This document shows positions 12,351 to 24,800 of a stretch of DNA of 64,000 nucleotides, in pieces. This stretch comes from Macrostomum lignano (taxonomy: Eukaryota). Both the position numbers and the translations under genes were made by a program. The notes under the pieces are model-generated. The model searched no databases. It was not told the DNA's origin and saw only the letters and a list, made by a program, of their open reading frames with translations. Every line of letters begins with the position of its first letter. Positions within the stretch are counted from its first letter, which is position 1. The stretch is from the NCBI GenBank assembly GCA_002269645.1, contig NIVC01001629.1:1-64000 (forward strand), in the 5' to 3' direction.

Positions 12351-12862
12351 CTTGAACCGCACTGAGCTATGAGTATAGTTATTAAAAATTGAAACTGCGT
12401 GAACCTACATGTATCTGCAGGGCAAGTCCAACTGGTTAACAACCTGCACCAGCACAGCTGCAGTGAGGTTGGCAGCAGACCCTGCTTATCTTAGCCACCA
12501 TATCGGCAAAGTCACGAATTGCCAAAATTTCTCTTCAACGCCAACTCGCTGAACTCCGAGGCACCTCGTGGAGTTGAAAAACCTGACTGACCCCTACAGA
12601 GTTGGAGAAAGGGTTTTTTCGACAAAAAGTTTCCTTATCTATGAGCACCCCCCTGCTCAACAGCCGGCCTCGGTGTGCTGGGCTGGTGTCTGAGATAAGC
12701 TCCTCGGAGAGCGGCGGGTGCTCAGCTGGACTGGCACAACTTGGTGGCTGAGCCCTATTTGAAAAGACTCACACATCAGTTTTCTCGGGAATTGAGAAAG
12801 ATTTCAGCTCAATTTTTTTCTAATTGTTCGTTCATGCTGCCCCTCTGCTCATAACTGCTCAC

Positions 12863-15800
12863 ATGCGTCTGCTGACTGTGGCATCAGCGCTGAGCTGCTG
12901 CCTGCTGGCTCTGATGGCTCTGGCTGGCCAGACAGGTAAGCTTTGAGCTGCCTAATTAACTTCTATCTTAGCTCAGAGTTCTCACAGATTCTCCAACATC
13001 TCCAGGTGCCCAGATAGACGGCAAGTGCCCGGCTGGCTGGATCAACCGGCCGAACAGCAACTTCTGCTACCAGATGTCCGACAGCGAGGCCAATTATCGC
13101 ACCTGGGCGGACGCCAAGAAGGCCTGCGAGCTGCAGCACGCCTCGCTGCTGTCCGTTACTGACGAGGATGAAAGGGTCAGGACTTGGCGGCCTTGTTTAC
13201 ATTCCCATTAATCATTACCTGCCCTGTTCCTGACCTCATTACCTGCCCTGTTCCTGATCTCATTACCTGCCCTGTTCCTGATCTCATTACCTGCCCTGTT
13301 CCTGACCTCATTACCTGTTCCTGACCTCATTACCTGTTCCTGACCTCATTACCTGTTCCTGAGCTCATTACCTGTTCCTGACCTCATTACCTGTTCCTGA
13401 GCTCATTACCTGTTCCTGACCTCATTACCTGTTCCTGAGCTCATTACCTGTTCCTGACCTCATTACCTGTTCCTGACCTCATTACCTGTTCCTGACCTCA
13501 TTACCTGTTCCTGACCTCATTACCTGCCGACCGTCAAAACCTACCTACCTCTCGACCTTCAAAAGTAGCCCGCTATAGACCTGTGCACGCCCCGCTGCTC
13601 TGCTTTCTAGAACTATGTGGCAGGCATCATCAACGCCTACGGCTCCTCCGGTGACAAGAAGTACTGGTGGTTCGGGCTCACTCGCTCCTCAATGGAGTCG
13701 CTCTGGCAGTGGGATGACGGCCACACGGGTAACGAGCAGCCCGGGAAAATCGGGCAGAAAAACTTGCTGTGAGTCCCTGTAGAGACGGCGTATCCGAACT
13801 ACTGGTTTACTTTGAAACAAAACGCATTATCAGCAATCAAGATGGTCATAATTTCAGGAAATATCCCATCACTGGCGGAGTCAGCGATGCGACGCCCGGA
13901 AACTGCATGTCAATCTGGGAGTACACAAGAAGCTCCTACATCGTGGTATGGCCCAAAGACTGCAGTCTCAAGTACAAATATGTCTGCAAAAAGTTAAAAC
14001 GTGAGTTCTCTGGCCGGTTTCAAATCAAAACCTCGGATATGCTTTTCCACTATTATTGAAATTCGGATTCCATTCTACCAGACCCCATTCTACCAGATCA
14101 CATTCTACCAGACCCCATTCTACCAGATCACATTCTACCAGATCACATTCTACCAGACCCCATTCTACCAGACCCCATTCTACCCCATTCTACCAGACCC
14201 CATTCTACCAGACCCCATTCTACCCCTTTCTACCAGACCCCATTCTACCAGACCCCATTCTACCAGACCCCATTCTACCCCTTTCTACCAGACCCCATTC
14301 TACCAGACCCCATTCTACCAGACCCCATTCTACCAGACCCCATTCTACCAGATCACATTCTACCAGACCCCATTCTACCCCATTCTACCAGACCCCATTC
14401 TACCCCTTTCTACCAGACCCCATTCTACCCCATTCTACCAGACCCCATTCTACCCCATTCTACCAGACCCCATTCTACCCCTTTCTACCAGACCCCATTC
14501 TACCAGACCCCATTCTACCCCTTTCTACCAGACCCCATTCTACCAGACCCCATTCTACCCCTTTCTACCACACCCCATTCTACCAGACCCCATTCTACCA
14601 GACCCCATTCTACCAGACCCCATTCTACCAGACCTTATTCTACCAGACCCCATTCTACCAGAGCCCATTCTACCAGACCTTATTCTACCAGACCCCATTC
14701 TACCAGACCCCACTCTACCAGACCTTATTCTACCAGACCCCATTCTACCAGACCCCACTCTACCAGACCCCATTCTACCAGACCCCATTCTACCAGACCT
14801 TATTCTACCAGACCCCATTCTACCAGACCCCATTCTACCAGACCCCACTCTACCAGACCCCACTCTACCAGACCTTATTCTACCAGACCCCATTCTACCA
14901 GACCCCACTCTACCAGACCCCATTCTACCAGACCCCACTCTACCAGACCCCACTCTACCAGACCTTATTCTACCAGACCCCACTCTACCAGACCCCATTC
15001 TACCAGACCCCATTCTACCAGACCCCATTCTACCAGACCCCACTCTACCAGACCCCATTCTACCAGACCCCATTCTACCAGACCCCACTCTACCAGACCC
15101 CATTCTACCAGACCCCATTCTACCAGACCCCATTCTACCACACAGAGGAAGTGACAACTTGCGACACGGACAATGGCTGGATGTACCAGAACAACAGGTG
15201 CTACAAGGTGCACAATTTTAAGACTGGAGAAGAGGGCCAGAACTGGGAGACGGCTCGGTGAGACTTCGCTTTCTGAGGGGCTCCGGGACTGGGGGGGGGG
15301 GGTCGGGACAGCTGGGAAAGTTTCTGATGGCCGAAATAAGAAAGCAGGCAGGGGGGACAGCTGCGTGGGGGACAGAGGGGGACAGCTGCGTGGGGGACAG
15401 AGGGGGACAGCTGCGTGGGGGACAGAGGGGGACAGCTGCGTGGGGGACAGAGGGGGACAGCTGCGTGGGGGACAGAGGGGGACAGCTGCGTGGGGACAGA
15501 GGGGGACAGCTGCGTGGGGGACAGAGGGGGACAGCTGCGTGGGGGACAGAGGGGGACAGCTGCGTGGGGGACAGAGGGGGACAGCTGCGTGGGGACAGAG
15601 GGGGACAGCTGCGTGGGGGACAGAGGGGGACAGCTGCGTGGGGGACAGAGGGGGACAGCTGCGTGGGGGACAGAGGGGGTACAGCTGCGTGGGGACAGAG
15701 GGGGACAGCTGCGTGGGGGACAGAGGGGGACAGCTGCGTGGGGGACAGAGGGGGTACAGCTGCGAAGCTTGGCTTCATATGATTTGAGAGCATGAAATAT

Positions 15801-18800
15801 TTCGGTAGCTGGCGCCTCCTCTCTAATCAGCGCCTAGCGCCTCCTTTGTAGCTGGCGCCTCCTCTCTAATCAGCGCCTAGCGCCTCCTTTGTAGCTGGCG
15901 CCTCCTCTCTAATTAGCGCCTCTCTAGTAGCTGGCGCCCCCTCTGTAGCTGGCGCCCCTCTGTAGCTGGCGCCCCTCTGTAGCTGGCGCCCCCTCTGTAG
16001 CTGGCGCCCCCTCTGTAGCTGGCGCCCCTCTGTAGCTGGCGCCCCCTCTGTAGCTGGCGCCCCCTCTGTAGCTGGCGCCCCCTCTGTAGCTGGCGCCCCC
16101 TCTGTAGCTGGCGCCCCCTCTGTAGCTCTAGGTTATCCACAGAACAGGTTATCCACAGAACAGGTTATCCACAGAACAGGTTATCCACAGAACAGGTTAT
16201 CCGCAGAACAGGTTATCCACAGAACAGGTTATCCACAGAAGAGGTTATCCGCAGAACAGGTTATCCACAGAACAGGTTATCCGCAGAACAGGTTATCAGT
16301 GCAGCCTAGCAGTCCACCTCACCTTGAACCCTACCGACAGGACGACGTGCAACGCGGACGAGTCGGACCTCGCCGTCATCCCGAACGCGGACACCAACAC
16401 GGCGGTGCACGATGTCATCAGCAAGTCCGAGGGCACCAGCGCGAACTTCTGGATCGGCTTGAGGACCTACGCGGACTCCGACGACCCCAACGGCTACGCC
16501 TGGCGCTGGGTGGACGACTCCAGCCTGACCTACGAGACCTGGAGCACCGGGTCCCGGCCCAGCATCACGCCCGACATCATCGACAAGACGTGCGTGCAGA
16601 CAGTCAGGACAGACGTCACCCGCACCACGTGGCAGGCGCAGACCTGCACCGAGGTCCGGTCCGGCTTCGTGTGCGAGCGCTCGGTGGGCAGCTGCCCGAG
16701 GGGCTGGTATCAGCACCGTGACATGTGCTACGACCTGTACATCAAGAAGGTGTCCTGGGACGAGGCCAGCCAGTACTGCAAGGCTCGCAACTCCACCATT
16801 CTGCAGATTAAACAGTGAGCTGCTTCAGTGCAAGACTATAGTAATTATTCTCAGGACGGTTGCGAGAACACAGGGTGTACACAGTACCCTGCCTTTCTAA
16901 TCCCCGCTACCGGGGGGGGGACAGGAGGGACATGTCCCTTCCACCCCACCTTGTAGCCCGTTGTGGTTATCAATAATTTTTCTCCTGGGCGCCAAAATAT
17001 AGCGCATTTGGCGCCAAAATGAAATTGGTGCCTGCGGCGCCAAAATAAGTGCCTGCGGCGCTAAAATGAGTACCTGCGGCGCCAAAATGAGTACCTGCGG
17101 CGCCAAAATGAGTGCCTGCGGCGCTAAAATGAGTGCAGTGCCTGCGGCGCCAAAATGAGTGCCTGCGGCGCTAAAATGAGTGCAGTGCCTGCGGCGCCAA
17201 AATGAGTGCCTGCGGTGCTAAAATGAGTGCAGTGCCTGCGGCGCCAAAATGAGTGCCTGCGGTGCTAAAATGAGTGCAGTGCCTGCGGCGCCAAAATGAG
17301 TGCCTGCGGTGCTAAAATGAGTGCAGTGCCTGCGGCGCCAAAATGAGTGCCTGCGGCGCTAAAATGAGTGCAGTGCCTGCGGCGCCAAAATGAGTGCCTG
17401 CGGTGCTAAAATGAGTGCAGTGCCTGCGGCGCCAAAATGAGTGCCTGCGGCGCTAAAATGAGTGCAGTGCCTGCGGCGCCAAAATGAGTGCCTGCGGTGC
17501 TAAAATGAGTGCAGTGCCTGCGGCGCCAAAATGAGTGCCTGCGGTGCTAAAATGAGTGCAGTGCCTGCGGCGCCAAAATGAGTGCCTGCGGTGCTAAAAT
17601 GAGTGCAGTGCCTGCGGCGCCAAAATGAGTGCCTGCGGCGCTAAAATGAGTGCAGTGCCTGCGGCGCCAAAATGAGTGCCTGCGGCGCTAAAATGAGTGC
17701 AGTGCCTGCGGCGCCAAAATGAGTGCCTGCGGCGCTAAAAGGAGTGCCTGCGGCGCCAAAATGAGTGCCTGCGGCGCTAAAAGGAGTGCCTGCGGCGCCA
17801 AAATGAGTGCCTGCGGCGCTAAAGGGAATGACTGCGGCGCCAAAATGAGGTGCCTGCGGCGCTAAAGGGAATGACTGCGGCGCCAAAGTGAGCACTGACA
17901 ACACCGATTCTCAAAGTAATGGAAATGTAGGAATTTAGTCATATACACGTTGAATTCTTGGCTTTGTCCCCCCACCACAAAATCCATGGCGACGCCCCTG
18001 GAATGTACTCGGGCCAATTCTCGTACAGAGTTGCTGTCCGCATTCCTCATTTCAGAAAGCACATCCAGGACTTCATCAACAAGTACAAGATTGACTTTCA
18101 GAATCAGGGCGTGGAGTTCATTTGGATTGGCATGACTCGTAAGTCAATTTTTTGATAGCTCGTTCTCAAAGCACTACCGCTAGCGCAGGCGAGCCACAGA
18201 ATCGAACTCTGGGACTCACCACTTAGCTGCTCACTTTACCAGCGTATGAAGGAATTAATGATTTCCCAAAATCACTCAGGCGCAACAAACAAAGACAAAC
18301 TCGCTTGGACCACGGGCGGAGAGTACACCAAGTACTTTCAGAACTGGGCGGACGGACAGCCGGACCTGCGGCCGGACAGGGCCAACGCCATTCGGATCGT
18401 GGCGTCCAGCGAGGCCGGCCAGTGGCAGGCGGCCGACCCGGTCGAGATGGGCGGCTTCGTGTGCGAAATTCCGCTGGGCAAAGTGCCGGAGGTGCCCACG
18501 CCTGAGCCGCGTGAGTAGCATGTGACTGGCTTGTGACTGGCTTGTGACTGGCTTGTGACTGGCTTGTGACTGGCTTGTGACTGGCTTGTGACTGGCTTGT
18601 GACTGGATTGTGACTGGCTTGTGACTGGCTTGTGACTGGCTTGTGACTGGCTTGTGACTGGCTTGTGACTGGCTTGTGACTGGCTGGAGACTGGCTTGTG
18701 ACTGGCTTGTGACTGGCTTGTGACTGGCTTGTGACTGGCTTGTGACTGGCTTGTGACTGGCTTGTGACTGGCTTGTGACTGGCTTGTGACTGGCTTGTGA

Positions 18801-21800
18801 CTGGCTGGAGACTGGCTTTTGACTGGCTTGTGACTGTATTGTGACTGGCTTGTGACTGGATTGTGACTGGCTTGTGACTGGCTTGTGACTGGCTTGTGAC
18901 TGGCTTGTGACTGGCTTGTGACTGGCTTGTGACTGGCTTGTGACTGGCTTGTGACTGGCTTGTGACTGGCTTGTGACTGGCTTGTGACTGGCTTGTGACT
19001 GGATTGTGACTGGCTTGTGACTGGATTGTGACTGGCTTGTGACTGGCTGGAGACTGGCTTGTGACTGGCTTGTGACTGTATTGTGACTGGCTTGTGACTG
19101 GCTTGTGACTGGATTGTGACTGGCTTGTGACTGGCTGGAGACTGGCTTGTGACTGGCTGGAGACTGGCTTGTGACTGGCTTGTGACTAGCTTGTGACTGA
19201 CTTGTGGCTGAATTGTGACTGACTTGTGACTGGCTTGTGACCAGTGACCTCAAATGGTTAATTACTACTTCTAAATGATCTTTCTCATGATCCAATGAAA
19301 TTTCCGGAGTCGATGAGGTTGATGAGATTGATGAGGTTGATGAGGTTGATGAGATTGATGAGGTTGATGAGGTTGATAAGATTGATGAGGTTGATGAGTT
19401 TAATGAGATTGATGAGGTTGATGAGGTTAATGAGGTTGATGAGGTTGATGAGGTTGATAGGATTGATGAGGTTGATGAGGTTGATGAGATTGATGACATC
19501 GATGCCATCCCTCGCCCGCAGCCCGGTTCAGCTGCGATGACGGCTGGATGCTGTACGGCCCCAGCTGCTACAAGCTGGAGATCAAGTACGCGGACTGGCT
19601 GACCGCCCGCGGCAACTGCCGCAACGACCACTCGGCCGACCTCATCGACATCCGGTCTCGCGGCGAGCAGGAGTTCATTCAAGGACAACTGCAAGACCAC
19701 GACTTCTGGATTGGTTTGCACACCAGGACTAGCGAGGACCGGAGATGGATGTGGACGGTGGACGAGACGCCCATGGACTACAACAACTGGAACGAAGGCG
19801 AACCGAACAACCTCGAGGGCGAGGAGAACTGCGCCGAGATGTACCTGTCGGGCAAGTGGAACGACATCCGCTGCGTGTACCGGCTGCCCTACATCTGCAA
19901 GAAGAAGGCCTGTGAGTGACTGCTGCGAGCTCAAGGACTGCGTGCTGACCCACTCCAACGATTGCTACCTGACCCACTCCAAGGACTACTAACTGACCCA
20001 CTCCAAGGACTACTAACTGACCCACTCCAAGGACTACTAACTGACCCACTCCAAGGACTACTAACTGACCCAGCCCAACGATTGCTAACTGACCCACTCC
20101 AATGACTACTAACTGACCCACTCCAAGGACTACTAACTGACCCACTCCAATGACTACTAACTGACCCACTCCAAGGACTACTAACTGGCCCACTCCAAGA
20201 ACTACTAACTGGCCCACTTCAAGGACTACTAACTGACCCACTCCAAGGACTACTAACTGACCCACTCCAATGACTACTAACTGACCCACTCCAAGGACTA
20301 CTAACTGGCCCACTCCAAGAACTACTAACTGGCCCACTTCAAGGACTACTAACTGACCCACTCCAAGGACTAATAACTGACCCACTCAAAGGACTAATAA
20401 CTGACCCACTCTAAGGACTACTAACTGGCCCGCTCCAAGGACTACTAACTGACCCACTCCAAGGACTACTAACTGACCCACTTCAAGGACTAATAACTGA
20501 CCCACTCTAAGGACTACTAACTGACCCACTCCAAGGACTACTAACTGGCCCAACCCAAGGACTACTAACTAACCCAATCCAAAAATTACTAAATGAAGCA
20601 CTCCAAGGACTACTAACTGACCCAATCCAAAGACTTCAACTTCACTACTTCACTGAAAATGCCCCACTGACGTCCAGAAAAAACTCACTTGGAATTCGCC
20701 TATTTAGTGTTGCTATTTGCTACATGGTCTGTTGAGAGCTGCAGCGCTGCACCAATTAAAAGCAGCCGCTTTTCCACCAATTTCCGCAGACATTGGAGGC
20801 ACCCTGCCGACTCTGCCTCCGACTACTTCACTAAACTGGGACCCGTTCTGCGGCCCGTTCTGGACCAGAGACCTGCTGTCCAACTACTGCTACCTGTTCA
20901 ACCCCGAGCCGATGGTGTGGGTGGACGCCAAGCACCAGTGCGAGTACCAGGGCGGCAAGCTGCTCAGCATCGTGTCTCCCACGGTAACTGGGAAGAACTG
21001 AGATTCAGCACTTTTCACGGGGCAACTCAGCAACATCCAAACCCATAGCAATACCCACATCCCGGAACTCAGCGACATCCAAGCCCTTAGCAACACCCAC
21101 ATCCCGGAACTCAGCGACATCTAAGCCCTTAGCAACACCCACATCCCGGAACTCAGCGAAATCCAAGCCCATAGCAACACCCACATCCCGGAACTCAACA
21201 ACATCCAAGCCCATAGCAACACCCACATCCCGGAACTCAACAACATCCAAGCCCATAGCAGCACCCACATCCCGGAACTCAGCGAAATCCAAGCCCATAG
21301 CAACACCCACATCCCGGAACTCAGCGAAATCCAAGCCCATAGCAACACCCACATCCCGGAACTCAGCGAAATCCAAGCCCATAGCAACACCCACATCCCG
21401 GAACTCAGCGAAATCCAAGCCCATAGCAGCACCCACATCCCGGAACTCAGCAACATGCAAACCCATAGCAACCCTAACGCACCCGGCCCCCAGGAAAAGT
21501 CCTACATCGCCAGCAGGATGCAGGAGGTGGTCGCTGCCAACCCCGACATCGTCAGCTTCTGGTCGGGATTCAACGATCGCGCAATGGAGGGCCGCTGGGT
21601 TTGGGACGACGGCGAGCCGGCCATCTTCCTGAACTGGGCAGTGGGCGAGCCGAACACGCCGGAGGAGAACTGCGTGTCGATCTACCCCGACTCCGCCTAC
21701 TGGAACGACGCCTTCTGCGAGAAGAGGTTCGCCTCGATCTGCAAGAAGTACGGCAACGCGCCGACCACCACGTCGAGGCCGGCAACGACCATCTCGGTGC

Positions 21801-24800
21801 CGAACGGGCAGTACCGCGGCTGCCGCAGCGGCTACACGGGCTTCGAGAACATGTGCTACAAAGTGTTCGGCGCCGAGAACGACGAGGTGACGCAGGAGGT
21901 CGCCCAGCAGACCTGCCGAATGCAGGGCGGCAACTTGGCTTCGGTGAACAGCCCGGCTGAGCACACCTTCCTGCTGGAGCTGGCCCGCAAGCAGGGGGAC
22001 TGTGAGTAGGGCTCAGCTTTGGGTGTCAGGTGGCGCCAGTTATAGCCATAACCATAATTCCGAACTGTCCCACCGCAACCCCGCAGTCAGCTTCTGGATC
22101 GGCCTGTACGACACGGTGGCGATGCAGCGCACGATGTTCTTCCAGTGGACGGACGGGTCGTCGCCCCGCTTCACGAGCTGGTACATCAACGAGCCGAACA
22201 ACCATCGGAGCGGCGAGGACTGCGTGGAGTCCGTCAACCGCGATGGCTGGGTGAGTCTGCTGACATAAACACTGACATTATCAGTTAGCTGCTGACATAA
22301 ACACTGGCATAGTCAGTTAGCTGCTGACATAAACACTGACATAGTCAGTTAGCTGCTGACATAAACACTGACATAGTCAGTTAGCTGCTGACATAAACAC
22401 TGACATAGTCAGTTAGTTGCTGACATAAAAACTGACATTATCAGTTAGCTGCTGACATAAACACTGACATTATCAGTTAGCTGCTGACATAAACACTGAC
22501 ATTATCAGTTAGCTGCTGACATAAACACTGACATTATCAGTTAGCTGCTGACATAAACACTGACATTATCAGTTAGCTGGTGACATAAACACTGACATTA
22601 TCAGTTAGCTGCTGACATAAACACTGACATTATCAGTAAGCTGCTGACATAAACACTGACATTGTCAGCTAGCTGCTGACATAACTACTGACATTATCAG
22701 TTAGCTGCTGACATAAACACTGACATTATCAGTTAGCTGCTGACATAAACACTGACATTATCAGTTAGCTGCTGACATAAACACTGACATTATCAGTTAG
22801 TTCCTGACATAAACACTGACATTATAAGTTAGCTGCTGACATAAACACTGACATTATCAGTTAGCTGATGACATAACTACTGACATTATCAGTTAGCTGC
22901 TGACATAAACACTGACATTATCAGTTAGCTGCTGACATAAACACTGACATTATCAGTTAGCTGCTGACATAACTACTGACATTATCAGTTAGCTGCTGAC
23001 ATAAACACTGACATTATCAGTTAGCTGCTGACATAAACACTGACATTATCAGTTAGCTGCTGACATAAACACTGACATTATCAGTTAGCTGCTGACATAA
23101 ACACTGACATTATCAGTTAGCTGCTGACATTCTATAGTTGGTCAGTCAGTTTTAGTCAGGAGGCAGCGGCAACCGATTTGACATTTCCAATACGAAAATT
23201 TGCATCGCTGCATGCGAGAGCAACACTTGGCTGCATCTGAGCCTTCTCAGCAGCGCTTCTTCATCATTTGCATTCCAGAACGGAGATTGGAACGACCTGG
23301 GCTGCACAGCCTTGAACCGATTCATCTGCAAGCAGCGCGAGATTGCCGTGCAGGTCACGGAGCCGATCACGCGCCCCTACGGCTGCGACAACTACGACGA
23401 TGTCCATGATGGCTACTGCCTGAAGTTCGAGACCGGGACCGCGGCGCTGACCGCGGCGGAGGCGCAGTCCCGCTGCGCAGACCTCGGCGGCACGCTGGCC
23501 ACCATCGTCAGCAAGGCGGTGCAGGACCACTTCTTCATGCGCATCAGCCAGACCGGCGCCCGCACCGACTTCTGGATCGGCCTGACCCGGTCCGGCAACA
23601 CCTTCCGCTGGGACGACGGCCGGCGGGTCTGGTTCACCTACTGGAAGCCTGGCGTCCCCCTGCAGGGCTACCGAGCCTCCATGTCAGCAGAGTCCGGGCA
23701 GTGGCAGATGAGCCAGTCCCAGGAGACCCGCTACACGAACTTCATCTGCCAGGCGCGGCAGCCGGGCCGCACCACCTTGGCTCCCACCTACAACCCGGGC
23801 TACTGCGCGCCAGGCTGGGTGGAGGCCGACAACACCTGCTACAAGGCCTTCAGCGCCAGCTCGTCCACCGGCCGGCTGTCCTGGTCCGAGGCCCGCGCCC
23901 AGTGCAAACTGCTGGCCGGCGACCTCGCCTCCATCAATAGCGAGGAGGCCAACGCCAAGCTGCGCGAGACGGTGCGCGGCTTCTACGCCTTCTGGATCGG
24001 GCTGAACAGGCGCGACTCCAACCAGGGCTTCGTCTGGGCGGACGGCAAGGCGGTCTCCTACGTCAACTGGCGCGGCGGCGAGGAGCCGGAGAACATCGGC
24101 AACAACCAGAACTGCGCGGTGATCAACCCCAACGACTTGAAGTGGACGCTCCAGGGCTGCAGCGTGGCCACCAACTGGCTGTGCGAGACGCCAAAAGGAA
24201 TTTATCCCAACGGCACCACTCCGGAGCCCACAACGCCTCCGGACGCGCCGGACTGTGGAGACGGCTGGAAGTACTTCAACGAGTCGTGCTACCTGATCTC
24301 GTCCCAGCTGCTCACCTGGCACCAGAGCTTGAAGACCTGCCGGGAGCAAGGAGGCGACCTGGTAAGCATCCACAGCTTCGAGGAGAACGACTTCCTGACG
24401 GGCCTGATCAGCAAGCTGCACATCACCAGCGCGGCCTACTGGATCGGCCTGAACGAGCTCGGCCAGAACGAGGGCTACCGCTGGAGCGACGGCAGCGGGG
24501 TGAACCTGCTGCACTGGAATGACGGCGAGCCCAACAACTGGGGCGGCGCTGAGCACTGCGGCTCCATCATCTCCAACTCGGGCCTCTGGAACGACGACCA
24601 GTGCGGCATCGTCCTGCGCTACATCTGCAAGCGGTCCAACGACACCAGCAGGACGCTGCCGCCGGCGACCCCCATGCCGGGCCGGTGCCCCAAGGGCTTC
24701 TACACCGTCGGCAACAAGTGCTTCCGCTTCTACGAGGACGACGCGTCCACCTGGGCTGAGGCCCGAGAGAAGTGCGAGAAGGTGGACACGGGAACGAGAA

